DNA of 64,000 bases from Candidatus Gastranaerophilales bacterium (GCA_944323265.1 CALURX010000001.1:39430-103429); one strand, 5' to 3'; shown: positions 45,600 to 55,218, counted from the first letter of the stretch. Program-made: numbers and translations. Notes: a model not told the origin generated them from the letters alone.

Positions 45600-47262
45600 G
45601 CTCTAAATCTATACCTACATAATATTTGTTAAAAACTTCTAACAACTTGTTACTACAATTATTTACTATTGAGTAATATAAATCAAGTAGGTTGTATTTA
45701 TCCAATGTAACTTTATCCTCATCATCAATAGTCATATGAGTTTCTGTGACAAATACTCCAACGATTTTACTCAATTTTATTAACAAAAATTTATCAACCA
45801 CTTTTGGATCAAAATGCGAGCCAGCGCCATTCATTATAATCTCAATGACTTTTTCAATCGGCATCTTATCACGATAGTGACGCTTTGAAGTTATTGCGTC
45901 AAATACGTCCGAGACTGCTAAAATTCTTCCACCAAAAGGTATTTCTTCTCCTTTGAGATGCCTGTAATAACCGGTACCATCATATTTTTCGTGATGTGAG
46001 CAGGCAATCTCCGTGATTTCTTCAAAATCTTTAGAAGTATGAATCTTCTCTAATATATGATGTGTAATTTCCACATGCTCTTGAATATGCTTGTACTCTT
46101 CAGGCGTAAGCTTGCCTTCTTTTTGCAATACAGAATCTCTAATGCCGATTTTCCCTATATCATGAAGAGCTGCAGCCTTTTCAAGCACATACAAATCATG
46201 TTTTTCCATACCAAATTCCTGAGCAATAAGAGTAGCAAACATTCTTACTCTGGAAGAATGACCGGCTGTAATTTTGTCTCTGGCATCGATAGAAGCTGCA
46301 AGAGTGTCTATAAAGCTGTCCAAAATAACTTTTTGCTCTTCTAAGAGTTTTTGCTGTCTTTCAAACAACTGGGCATTTTCCAATGATATACCGGCGCTTG
46401 AGGCTATTGCTACAAGCAAATCTTCATCATCCGGTGTAAAATACTCGTCGAATTTATTAAGAACCTGAAAAACACCTATTATTTCCTGATTATAGTTTTT
46501 TATGGGCATACAGAGTATTGTTTTCGTCTTATAGCCTGTCTGTTTATCTACATCAGAATTAAATCTATCGTCATTATAAGCATCTTTTATATTAATAGTT
46601 TCGCCGGTTTGTACAACATGCCCCGCAATACCTCTGTCCGCGGGAATCCTCAATTCTTTGGTATCCAGACCTGTAGCAACTTTTGAATAAAGTTCATTGT
46701 GCTCTTTGTCATACAGAAAAACCGTACACCTGTCTGCATTAAGAGCTGTTTTTGTTTCTTCAGCAATAGTTTTAATTAAAGAATCAATATTCTTTTCAGC
46801 TGCAACTGCCTGGCCAATATTAACGAGAGAAATTAGCGGATCTTTTGTCTGTGTACTATGGCTTCCGTAATGACTTATGGGCGGACATTTTAACATTGAA
46901 TTGAGTTTTTCAAAAAAATCAGTTTTTTGATACTTAATAGAGAGTTTTCTGGCTTTATTGTAGTTTATTGCATATAACGTTGTATTTTTCTCGCTAAAAT
47001 TTACAAATCCTAAAATCATTTCATGAAAAATATGCGTCAGAGGATCTTTTGTTTGGTCCACAAGAAAAGCTGTATCATTCATAAATTGGTAAAAAGTATC
47101 ATAATCTTTTTTCAAAAAAGCAATTAACGCCAGCATTGTCAGGCAGATTGCTGTGTCGTCCTGATATATTTCTTTATGTTTTTCTATACTTTGTTTTACT
47201 TCGTCATACTCGCCATTGAGTATTTCAGATACTGATTCATAAATGAAATTCTCTAAGGTCAT
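45592..47262 (-). CDS. GAF + HD-GYP domain protein (putative cyclic dinucleotide phosphodiesterase)
   Basis: LNADRCTVFLYD, GIAGHV, NKF...F; HDIGKIGI, HHEKYDGTGYY, VSDVFDAITSKRHYR. Confidence 0.9.
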   Translation of the reverse strand: MTLENFIYESVSEILNGEYDEVKQSIEKHKEIYQDDTAICLTMLALIAFLKKDYDTFYQFMNDTAFLVDQTKDPLTHIFHEMILGFVNFSEKNTTLYAINYNKARKLSIKYQKTDFFEKLNSMLKCPPISHYGSHSTQTKDPLISLVNIGQAVAAEKNIDSLIKTIAEETKTALNADRCTVFLYDKEHNELYSKVATGLDTKELRIPADRGIAGHVVQTGETINIKDAYNDDRFNSDVDKQTGYKTKTILCMPIKNYNQEIIGVFQVLNKFDEYFTPDDEDLLVAIASSAGISLENAQLFERQQKLLEEQKVILDSFIDTLAASIDARDKITAGHSSRVRMFATLIAQEFGMEKHDLYVLEKAAALHDIGKIGIRDSVLQKEGKLTPEEYKHIQEHVEITHHILEKIHTSKDFEEITEIACSHHEKYDGTGYYRHLKGEEIPFGGRILAVSDVFDAITSKRHYRDKMPIEKVIEIIMNGAGSHFDPKVVDKFLLIKLSKIVGVFVTETHMTIDDEDKVTLDKYNLLDLYYSIVNNCSNKLLEVFNKYYVGIDLEHE

Positions 47263-47343
47263 TGAACTCTCTCATTTCTATTCTGTTTGTATTATAATGA
47301 TATAATAAAACTTATATTTTGGCAAAGGGGGAGGGATAAATAA

Positions 47344-48039
47344 ATGGCAAAAATGGATAAAATCTCTATACTAATACCTGTTTATAATGAAAAGGACTCT
47401 TTGCAAGAGATTCTAAAACAGGTGGAAGATGTTGATTTCGGCTTAGAGAAAGAAATTATACTTATTGATGACTGCTCGACAGACGGAACAAAAGAGCTAT
47501 ATAAAACAATGCCTTATAAGGTTTTATACCACCAGCGGAATTTGGGAAAAGGTGCTGCATTGAGGACAGGGATTATGTCTGCAACCGGGGATATAATTAT
47601 CATTCAGGATGCCGATTTAGAATATAATCCCAAAGATTATAAACCCCTAGTTCACTTAATTATAACAAATTCTGCTGATGTAGTTTACGGCTCTCGCTTG
47701 GCAGACACCAGAAACAGCGGGAAATTCTTACTTTTAAGTTATCTCGCAAATGTTACGCTTACCTACATGACAAGACTTCTCTATGGTACATATCTTACTG
47801 ATATGGAAACTTGTTACAAAGCCTTTAGAGCTGATTTAATCAAGGGGATTACAATAAAATCAAATCGTTTTGATTTTGAGCCGGAAATCACAGCAAAGGT
47901 CCTCAGAAAGAAGAATACTCGCTTTATGGAAGTCCCTATATCATATAATGCAAGAAAGACTGAAGAAGGTAAAAAAATAACCTGGAAAGATGGTGTCCAG
48001 GCCATTTTTGCTCTTATAAAATACCGTTTTACTGATTAG
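47344..48039 (+). CDS. Glycosyltransferase family 2 (DPM-synthase-like)
   Basis: [42 protein letters not shown]. Confidence 0.92.
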   Translation: MAKMDKISILIPVYNEKDSLQEILKQVEDVDFGLEKEIILIDDCSTDGTKELYKTMPYKVLYHQRNLGKGAALRTGIMSATGDIIIIQDADLEYNPKDYKPLVHLIITNSADVVYGSRLADTRNSGKFLLLSYLANVTLTYMTRLLYGTYLTDMETCYKAFRADLIKGITIKSNRFDFEPEITAKVLRKKNTRFMEVPISYNARKTEEGKKITWKDGVQAIFALIKYRFTD

Positions 48040-49309
48040 TATTCTTTTTCACCCAATTTTCCACAACTCTTAAAGGTGCTCTTGTTATTGCAAGCGCCCA
48101 GGCCGGAATATTTTTGGTTATGACGCTTAGTGCTCCTACATTTACGCCCTCATCAACCGTTACCGGAGCAACAAGAACCGAGTTTGAACCTATTTTTACG
48201 TTATCTTTAATAATTGTTTTGCTTTTCTCTTTTGTGAGCGGGTTATAATTTGCAGTAATCGTGCCGGCACCGATATTTACCCCTGAGCCGATTTCACTGT
48301 CACCTAAGTATGTTAGATGACAAGCATTTGTATGGGATTTTATGGTGGTCTTTTTAACCTCTACAAAGTTTCCTATTTTCACATTGTCTTCTAACACAAC
48401 ATCACCTCTCAGGTGTGCAAATGGACCGATTTTGCAATTCTTGCCTATTTTGTTTTTGCCGTTTATATAGCATGAAGGATAAATTACTGTGTCGCTTTCG
48501 ATTACTGTATCCGGGCTTATCCAGGTTGTGACAGGATCAATTATTGTAACTCCGTTTTCAAGGTGTTTGTTTATTATCCTTTTATTCATTAATTTTGCAG
48601 CCTCTGCAAGGTTTGCCTTTGAATTTATACCGAAGATTTCTTCATTATTTTTTATTGTATAAGAGTTTACGGAGAGCTTTTTAGAGTTCGCCCACTTAAC
48701 AATATCTGTAAGGTAATACTCACCCTGAGCATTGTTATTCTTAAGCTCTGCAAAAGCCTGCCTGATTTTACCCCAATTAATGCAGTATATTCCGGCATTA
48801 ATCTCTTTAACAAGCTTTTCTTCAGCAGTAGCATCCTTCTCTTCTACAATAGAATTAATAGTACCGTTGTAGTTTTTAATAATTCTGCCGTAATTTGTCG
48901 GATTTTCCATAATAGCACTCATAACAGTCAAATCAGATTGTTTAGATTTATGGAAATCAACAAACTCCTTAATAGTTTCGGAGGTTATCAAAGGAGTGTC
49001 TCCGCATAAAATAATAACATCTCCGTCATAACCGCTGAGTTCCGGTCTTGCCATACTCACAGCGTGTCCTGTTCCCAGCTGCGGAACCTGTAGTATACAT
49101 TTTGAATTTCTGCAATTCTTAGAGATAAATTCTTCAACCAATCTTGCCTGATGCCCTACTATAATATAGTTTGCATCCACAAGACCTGTATTATTAACCG
49201 CCTCAATAACATATTCAACAAGCGGTTTATCAAAAATTGTATGCAAAACTTTCGGCGTTTCGGATTTCATCCTTGTACCCTTGCCTGCCGCTAAAATAAT
49301 TGATTTCAT
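48029..49309 (-). CDS. glmU: Bifunctional UDP-GlcNAc pyrophosphorylase/GlcN-1-P acetyltransferase
   Basis: [51 protein letters not shown]; start set to MKS (49309). Confidence 0.95.
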   Translation of the reverse strand: MKSIILAAGKGTRMKSETPKVLHTIFDKPLVEYVIEAVNNTGLVDANYIIVGHQARLVEEFISKNCRNSKCILQVPQLGTGHAVSMARPELSGYDGDVIILCGDTPLITSETIKEFVDFHKSKQSDLTVMSAIMENPTNYGRIIKNYNGTINSIVEEKDATAEEKLVKEINAGIYCINWGKIRQAFAELKNNNAQGEYYLTDIVKWANSKKLSVNSYTIKNNEEIFGINSKANLAEAAKLMNKRIINKHLENGVTIIDPVTTWISPDTVIESDTVIYPSCYINGKNKIGKNCKIGPFAHLRGDVVLEDNVKIGNFVEVKKTTIKSHTNACHLTYLGDSEIGSGVNIGAGTITANYNPLTKEKSKTIIKDNVKIGSNSVLVAPVTVDEGVNVGALSVITKNIPAWALAITRAPLRVVENWVKKNTNQ

Positions 49310-49505
49310 CATTACTACTTCTCCCTTTGGCTCAATTATAACACAAAGTATTATTAAAAAATCTTCATAATTTATTTGCAATTTAAAAATGTTTATAATA
49401 ACATTAATTCATACGCCGATTTTATTAGAATGTGTTTAATCCACATTCTATTTTAAATAGGTTAAAAAATAGCAATAACAACAAGGAAAATAAAGGAATA
49501 CAAAC

Positions 49506-49673
49506 ATGGGTATCAAAGGTAAAAATGACAGAATGGTAGTTCTAGCTTGCGAAGACTGCAAGGAAAGAAACTATACAACAGTTAAAAACAAAAAGAACAG
49601 CAAGGACAGAATGGAATTAAGCAAATATTGTCCGACTTGCAAAAAACACACAACTCACAAGGAAACAAAATAA
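49506..49673 (+). CDS. rpmG: 50S ribosomal protein L33 (Zn-binding form)
   Basis: Manual translation [55 protein letters not shown]; not in the ORF track. Confidence 0.96.
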   Translation: MGIKGKNDRMVVLACEDCKERNYTTVKNKKNSKDRMELSKYCPTCKKHTTHKETK

Positions 49674-49742
49674 CAGTGAACGGTGACTAGTGAATAGTGA
49701 GTAGAATTCTGTTCACCATTCACTAGTCACATCACTGGCTAA

Positions 49743-49815
49743 GCGTCCTTAGTTCAGTTGGTAGAACGTCGGTCTCCAAAACCGGATGTCGAGGGTTCGA
49801 GTCCTTCAGGGCGCG
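49743..49815 (+). tRNA. tRNA-Trp(CCA)
   Basis: Acceptor GCGTCCT/AGGGCGC+G, anticodon loop CTCCAAA, T arm GGTTCGAGT; canonical rpmG-trnW-secE position. Confidence 0.97.
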
Positions 49816-49842
49816 ATTTATAAAATATAAAGGTTATTTAAA

Positions 49843-50043
49843 ATGAACGATACTTTAGAAACAGCAAAGAAAAATATCATAACTTATTTTAAAGGCGTAA
49901 GAACTGAATGGGGCAAAATTACATGGCCCGAAAAACATCAGGTTGTTATGGAAACATTCTTTGTTGTTGCAATTGTTTTTATATTCACTGTTTTTATTTA
50001 TGTTGTGGATATTATATTCAATGCACTATTATCTAAATTATAA
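49843..50043 (+). CDS. secE: Preprotein translocase subunit SecE
   Basis: FKGVRTEWGKITWP followed by TM helix. Confidence 0.95.
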   Translation: MNDTLETAKKNIITYFKGVRTEWGKITWPEKHQVVMETFFVVAIVFIFTVFIYVVDIIFNALLSKL

Positions 50044-50082
50044 TTAACCGGTAACCGCATAAAACCATAAAGGGTAAGAATA

Positions 50083-50694
50083 ATGAGTGAAAAAGACGAA
50101 AACATTGTAAATGAAGAACAGATGGAAGAAACTCAGGAAACTGAGAATCATAAAACTTCAGACAAGAAAAATCAAAAGCGCTGGTACATAGTACACACTT
50201 ACTCCGGCTATGAAAACAAGGTAAAAAGCAACCTTGAAAAACGTATCGAATACATGAACATGGCTGATAAAATCTTTAGAGTAGAAGTTCCTCAAAAGAC
50301 TATTACCCAGATTAAAGGCGGAAGAAAGCAGGAAAAAGAAGAAAAAATCTTCCCTGGCTATGTCCTTGTTGAAATGATTATGGATGAAGACAGCTGGTAT
50401 GTTGTCCGCCATACAGCAGGTGTTACAAAGTTTGTAGGTTCTGCAAAGAAACCTATTCCTGCAAAAGACAGCGAAATTAAAAAGATTATTCACCGCTCTA
50501 CAGCTCAAACCCAGAAGATTGAAATGGATATTAAAGTTGGCGAAAAAGTCAGAATTATATCCGGTCCGTTTGCCGAGTTTGTTGGTGATATCACAGAAGT
50601 TTATCCTGATAAAGCTAAACTCAGAGCAATGGTTTCAATCTTTGGACGTGAAACTCCAGTTGAGCTTGAATATAAACAAATTCAAAAATTATAA
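50083..50694 (+). CDS. nusG: Transcription termination/antitermination factor NusG
   Basis: WYIVHTYSGYENKV, IFPGYVLVEM, GPFAEF, IFGRETPVEL. Confidence 0.98.
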   Translation: MSEKDENIVNEEQMEETQETENHKTSDKKNQKRWYIVHTYSGYENKVKSNLEKRIEYMNMADKIFRVEVPQKTITQIKGGRKQEKEEKIFPGYVLVEMIMDEDSWYVVRHTAGVTKFVGSAKKPIPAKDSEIKKIIHRSTAQTQKIEMDIKVGEKVRIISGPFAEFVGDITEVYPDKAKLRAMVSIFGRETPVELEYKQIQKL

Positions 50695-50775
50695 AACGCA
50701 TCTTGCGCTTTCCCTCCCTTTATAGAAGGAGGGTTAGGGTGGGGGCGAGCCCGTAAGGGGTTTTAGTACAAATAA

Positions 50776-50807
50776 CGTGGAAGGGGATGCCCCCCGCTAG
50801 CACCACG
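50776..50807 (+). promoter_or_regulatory. L1-binding-like translational operator before rplK
   Basis: CGTGG-AAGG...CCGCTAGCA-CCACG directly before AAAGGAG; resembles the GUGGGAG...ACCAC L1 site. Confidence 0.7.
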
Positions 50808-50822
50808 AAAGGAGAACACAAA

Positions 50823-51257
50823 ATGGCAAAAAAAGTAGTAGGAAAAATTAAACTGCAAATCGAAGCAGGTAAAGCAAACCCATCACCTCCGGTTGGTCCT
50901 GCGTTGGGTCAGCACGGTGTTAACATCATGGATTTCTGCAAACAGTTTAATGCAAAAACTGAATCTCAAGCAGGCTACATTATCCCTGTTGTTATTGATG
51001 TATATGAAGACAGAAGTTTCACTTTTGTAACTAAATCACCACCGGCTCCTGTTTTAATTAAAAAGGCATTGAATATCCCTAAGGGTTCAGCTGTGCCGAA
51101 TAAAACAAAAGTCGCTGAAATTACAAGAGCTCAACTAGAAGAAATCGCTAAAATCAAAATGAACGATTTGAACGCTACTTCTATGGAAGCTGCTGTAAAC
51201 ATGATTAAAGGCTCTTGCAGGGCTATGGGTGTTACAGTAAAAGAAGAAAATGCGTAA
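50823..51257 (+). CDS. rplK: 50S ribosomal protein L11
   Basis: [29 protein letters not shown]; start set to ATG 50823. Confidence 0.98.
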   Translation: MAKKVVGKIKLQIEAGKANPSPPVGPALGQHGVNIMDFCKQFNAKTESQAGYIIPVVIDVYEDRSFTFVTKSPPAPVLIKKALNIPKGSAVPNKTKVAEITRAQLEEIAKIKMNDLNATSMEAAVNMIKGSCRAMGVTVKEENA

Positions 51258-51400
51258 GCCGGTGTGAAGTCCGAATTCAGCGGCGGTGAGCCGGTGAAAT
51301 GAGGACAAACACTACGACACCGCCGTTGCGGAATGAACGTTAGTGAATGCAGCGAAGCAATCTTTGATTGCACAGGCGGTTATTTGGGAAACTAGACAGA

Positions 51401-51430
51401 ATGGAAGGACTTGTTGTCCGCTAATACCAT
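51401..51430 (+). promoter_or_regulatory. Second L1-binding-like operator before rplA
   Basis: ATGG-AAGG...CCGCTAATA-CCAT before GAAAGGA; same layout as the rplK site. Confidence 0.6.
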
Positions 51431-51444
51431 GAAAGGATAAAGAA

Positions 51445-52170
51445 ATGTCAAAAATAACTAAAAAACAAAAGAAACTTCAAGAATTGCTGGCAGATTTTAC
51501 TCAACCGGCCAGCGGTCGTGATGCTCTTAATAAATTACAAGAAGTATCAAAAGAAGTTGCTAAATTCAACGAAACAGTTGAATGTCATATGAGATTAGGT
51601 ATTGAAGTTAAACACGCTGAACAGCAAATCAGATCTACTGTTGTATTACCGGCAGGTCTTGGTAAAGAAGTTCGTGTTTGCGTTATTGCTAAAGGACCGA
51701 AGGTTAATGAAGCAAAAGACGCAGGTGCAGATTTCTACGGCACAGAAGATATTATTGATAAAATCGCTGGCGGCTGGTTTGAATTTGATACATTAATTGC
51801 TACTCCTGACTGTATGGGTATGCTTGGTAAATTAGGTAGAGTTTTAGGTCCAAAAGGTTTGATGCCAAACCCTAAGACTGGTACTGTTACTTTGGATATC
51901 GCAAAGGCAGTTAAGGATGCTAAAGCAGGTAAAGTTGAATTCAGAGCTGATAAACAGGGTATGATTCACTGTCCTATCGGTAAAGTTCAATTTGCTCTTG
52001 ATGATTTGGTTAAAAACTATGGTACTTTAGTTGATGCTGTACTTAGAGCTAAACCTTCTGCAGCAAAAGGTACTTATGTTAAGTCAATCTATTTGACTAC
52101 AACAATGGGACCAAGCATTAAGATTGATTCTAAGAATTTACAAGCAGAAGTAAAAGAAATTGTTGGTTGA
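51445..52170 (+). CDS. rplA: 50S ribosomal protein L1
   Basis: [31 protein letters not shown]. Confidence 0.98.
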   Translation: MSKITKKQKKLQELLADFTQPASGRDALNKLQEVSKEVAKFNETVECHMRLGIEVKHAEQQIRSTVVLPAGLGKEVRVCVIAKGPKVNEAKDAGADFYGTEDIIDKIAGGWFEFDTLIATPDCMGMLGKLGRVLGPKGLMPNPKTGTVTLDIAKAVKDAKAGKVEFRADKQGMIHCPIGKVQFALDDLVKNYGTLVDAVLRAKPSAAKGTYVKSIYLTTTMGPSIKIDSKNLQAEVKEIVG

Positions 52171-52235
52171 TATTTACGGCTGGCCTTCGGGCTGGCCTTT
52201 TTTTTTATCGTTGTTGTGTATTATAAGGAGCAAAT

Positions 52236-52649
52236 ATGGAAATCGAATTCGGTGCACCAAGATTTGAAAATATCAGGAGAAATGCTCATTGGACCCATGC
52301 CCACCTTGATACAAGATTAAGTTGGGATGTAGATTGGACTAAAGATGCTGTATCTCACCTTGAAGATTGCAAGGAAAACCCAACAAGAGGGCTGCTTGCA
52401 AGACACGAAGCTGAAAAAAATGGAATTTATTATCCATATTTTTATGAAAGAAATAAGAAAAATATGCTAAGAAATCATAAAATTAGTCAACTGAGTGATG
52501 AATTTGATTCTCAGCTAAAAAAAATGTACCCCAAAACATTAAAAGCAAGAATGTTTTTGATTGAAACAGAAAGTGTTGTTCTAGGTACAGTAAAAAAACA
52601 TTCTTCCTTCTTAAAAAAAATTTTATTCAGGGCTTTTCACAAAAATTAA
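52236..52649 (+). CDS. Hypothetical lineage-specific protein
   Basis: 137-aa ORF with AAGGAG SD; N-terminus MEIEFGA. Confidence 0.7.
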   Translation: MEIEFGAPRFENIRRNAHWTHAHLDTRLSWDVDWTKDAVSHLEDCKENPTRGLLARHEAEKNGIYYPYFYERNKKNMLRNHKISQLSDEFDSQLKKMYPKTLKARMFLIETESVVLGTVKKHSSFLKKILFRAFHKN

Positions 52650-52852
52650 CCGCGTGTATTAGTGTTCTCAAATACTATTCTGCTTTGGCTTAAGGCAAGC
52701 ATTTTTAGTGAGCATTCGCCTTCAGTGCGCCCGATAACTCCTATGCTGGATAGCCTTGCTGTGACAAATTCATTTAAGTCTTCCGGTGAAATATATAGAG
52801 GACAGGTTTTATTACATTCTCTCTCCGGAGAAAAAGGACAGGTTTTAATCAT
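52646..52852 (-). CDS. Small Cys-rich hypothetical protein
   Basis: TCPFSPERECNKTCPL...GECSLK; overlaps the transketolase stop. Confidence 0.7.
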   Translation of the reverse strand: MIKTCPFSPERECNKTCPLYISPEDLNEFVTARLSSIGVIGRTEGECSLKMLALSQSRIVFENTNTRG

Positions 52853-53678
52853 CTCCGAGCTCCTTTAACGCTTGTTTTAGCTGTTCTTCATTTGGAGCTT
52901 TTCCGTGCCATGAAGCTTGGTTTTCCATAAATGAAACGCCCTTGCCTTTTATTGTGTGGGCAATTATTGCGCACGGTTTTGTGCACTTTTTGGCCATTTC
53001 TATAGCAGAATATATTTCATCAAAATTGTGTCCGTTGATTTCAATTACATCCCAATTGAACGCCCTTAATTTATCATTAAGGTTATCAAGTGCCATGACT
53101 TTTTCTGTTTCGCCATCTATTTGCAATCCGTTTCTGTCAATTATTGCAATAAGGTTATCAAGTTTTCTGTGTGCGGCCTGCATAAAAGCTTCCCAGCAAG
53201 AACCTTCCTGCAATTCTCCATCACCAAGATATACAACGACATTTGCAGGATTGCTATTTAATTTTAAACCTAAAGCCATTCCGCAGCCAACAGACAAGCC
53301 TTGCCCGAGAGAGCCTGTTGATGTTTCAATTCCTGGAATATAGTTTTTTGCAGGATGCCCCTGTAATTTAGAATTAAATTTCCTAAATGTCATAAGTTCA
53401 TCTTTATTAATAATTCCGTGGTTTGCTAAAATAGAATACATTAGAGGTGATGCATGCCCTTTTGATAAAATAAATCTGTCTCTTTTATCAAAATCAGGCG
53501 ATTTATCCCAGTCTTTAGGGGTATTAAGCGATTTTGCATACAATACAGTCAGAATATCAGCTCCAGAGAGAGACCCTCCGGGATGTCCTGATTTTGCATT
53601 GTAAACCATTTTTACAATGTTTTTTCTAACTTCATTGGCGATTTTTTTAAGCTCGTTCTTTTCTGTATCAGTTAGCAT
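52845..53678 (-). CDS. Transketolase N-terminal (TPP-binding) subunit
   Basis: SGHPGGSLS, LSKGHA, LQGHP, GSLGQGLS, GDGELQEG, WHGKAP. Confidence 0.95.
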   Translation of the reverse strand: MLTDTEKNELKKIANEVRKNIVKMVYNAKSGHPGGSLSGADILTVLYAKSLNTPKDWDKSPDFDKRDRFILSKGHASPLMYSILANHGIINKDELMTFRKFNSKLQGHPAKNYIPGIETSTGSLGQGLSVGCGMALGLKLNSNPANVVVYLGDGELQEGSCWEAFMQAAHRKLDNLIAIIDRNGLQIDGETEKVMALDNLNDKLRAFNWDVIEINGHNFDEIYSAIEMAKKCTKPCAIIAHTIKGKGVSFMENQASWHGKAPNEEQLKQALKELGDD

Positions 53679-53699
53679 CTTTTACCCCTATTTACCCCT

Positions 53700-54419
53700 C
53701 TATATCTTATTATTACTGCTGAGAACCTTAATCAAAAACAAAGGAAGCGTTGGAAATATTCTCTTAAATCTGGAAGGCTGAGATATTGTTCTATATAACC
53801 ACTCCAAACCTAAAATTTGGAATATTTTAGGCGCTCTTTTGATATATCCAGACCAAACATCAAGGCTGCCGCCAACTCCGATCATAAGCGCTGGGTTCAG
53901 AAGCTTTTTGGCATTATAAATAAATTGCTCCTGCTTTGGTGAACCTAGTGCAACAAGAATAAGTTTAGGCGATTTTACTTTAAGTTCATTATAAATTTCT
54001 TCGTCGTTATTAAAATACCCATTATGGTAATACACTATATTTAACCCGCTGATTTCTTTTTGAAGATTGGTGACTGCTTTTGTTATCACTTCCTCTTTTG
54101 AGCCGACAATAGCAACCGGAATCCCACTGGAGGCAGCTTCTTTAAGCAGTCTTTTAGCAAAATCAATTCCCGGAATTCTTGCTACATCTTTCCCTATTAA
54201 TTTTAGTGCTATTTTAACCCCGACACCGTCAGGAATAACCATTTCCGCTTCTTTGATTATATTCGCAAAATTCTGGTCTTTTTCAGCAGTCTGAAACATT
54301 TCAGGATTAATAGTTACAACCTGAGAAACCTTATGACCGTCAATTAATTCCTTTGCGGTAGTAATAGCTTCTTCAAACGTATAGTTATCAATATTAAGAC
54401 CCAGTAATTCAACACCCAT
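53700..54419 (-). CDS. WecB/TagA/CpsF-family glycosyltransferase
   Basis: TINPE, IPDGVGV, RIPGIDF, LGSPKQE, GVGGSLDV, LEWLYR. Confidence 0.93.
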   Translation of the reverse strand: MGVELLGLNIDNYTFEEAITTAKELIDGHKVSQVVTINPEMFQTAEKDQNFANIIKEAEMVIPDGVGVKIALKLIGKDVARIPGIDFAKRLLKEAASSGIPVAIVGSKEEVITKAVTNLQKEISGLNIVYYHNGYFNNDEEIYNELKVKSPKLILVALGSPKQEQFIYNAKKLLNPALMIGVGGSLDVWSGYIKRAPKIFQILGLEWLYRTISQPSRFKRIFPTLPLFLIKVLSSNNKI

Positions 54420-54491
54420 AATTTCATTATACTTGAAAAATAAAAAAATGTGTTTTAAAATTCATTATACGCAAAAGAAAGGAGTTTTATA

Positions 54492-54806
54492 ATGAAAAAA
54501 TTACTTACAATGTTTGCAGTTATTGCATTAACAGCATCGCTTGCCGCAACAGCTGCTGAGTCTAGATTAGAAAACTACGTAAACAAAAAACTTTCTCCGA
54601 TTACAGACAAAGAAAAAGAATTCAATGAAAAGATGGAAGCTCAGCAGAAGGCAAATGAGCAAAAGCAGGCTGAGTATAAAAAACAACAGGCAGAAAGACA
54701 AGCAAAAATGGAACAACAAAGAAAAGAAGCTCAAGCAAGAAGACAAGCAACCAAAGATGCTATCCAGGCAGAAAAAGACTACTGGAATAATATGATTAAG
54801 AAATAG
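54492..54806 (+). CDS. Secreted coiled-coil hypothetical protein (paralog 1)
   Basis: Signal peptide, then AESRLENYV...SPITDKEKE, Q/K/E-rich helix. Confidence 0.8.
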   Translation: MKKLLTMFAVIALTASLAATAAESRLENYVNKKLSPITDKEKEFNEKMEAQQKANEQKQAEYKKQQAERQAKMEQQRKEAQARRQATKDAIQAEKDYWNNMIKK

Positions 54807-54817
54807 AAAGGATTGAA

Positions 54818-55171
54818 TTGATGAAAAAGTTTCTTACAGCGGCAATAATAGCTATTTTAACTTCTTCAATGGCAGTAAACGCTGCAGAATCACGTGTTGA
54901 AAAATTTGTTGATAATTTAATTTCACCAATTACATCAAAGGAAAAAGAGCTAAATTCTCAAGCTGAGGCTCAGAGGAAAGCAAGAGAAGCAAGACAAGCT
55001 CAGTATGAAAAACAACAAAAGGAAAGACAAAAAGCTATAAAAAAACAGCAGAAAGAACGTGAAAAAGCTTTGAAAAAGAAACAAAAGGAAGCTCAAGCAA
55101 GAAGGGAAAATACAAAAAACGCTATTGAGGCTGAAACAAACTTTTGGAAGTCATTGTTTAATAATGATTAA
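54818..55171 (+). CDS. Secreted coiled-coil hypothetical protein (paralog 2)
   Basis: Signal peptide, then AESRVEKFV...SPITSKEKE. Confidence 0.8.
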   Translation: MMKKFLTAAIIAILTSSMAVNAAESRVEKFVDNLISPITSKEKELNSQAEAQRKAREARQAQYEKQQKERQKAIKKQQKEREKALKKKQKEAQARRENTKNAIEAETNFWKSLFNND

Positions 55172-55174
55172 TCG

Positions 55175-55203
55175 AAAAAGGAAGGTTATGCCTTCCTTTT
55201 TTA
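55175..55203 (+). terminator. Terminator after the paralog pair
   Basis: AAAAAGGAAGG-ttatg-CCTTCCTTTTT. Confidence 0.82.
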
Positions 55204-55218
55204 TTGTATAATGATTTT

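Noticed and set aside
49310-49381. N-terminal extensions given by the ORF track for glmU (also nifU, murQ, rplK, purB, 43448 regulator)
   Set aside because: Homology-typical starts with SD sequences lie downstream; the extensions are longest-ORF artefacts
49396-49422. Sigma28 promoter before rpmG (GCCGATTT)
   Set aside because: No matching TAAA -35 element at the right spacing
51290-51320. Hammerhead ribozyme
   Set aside because: GTGAAATGAGGACAAAC does not match the CUGAUGA...GAAA core
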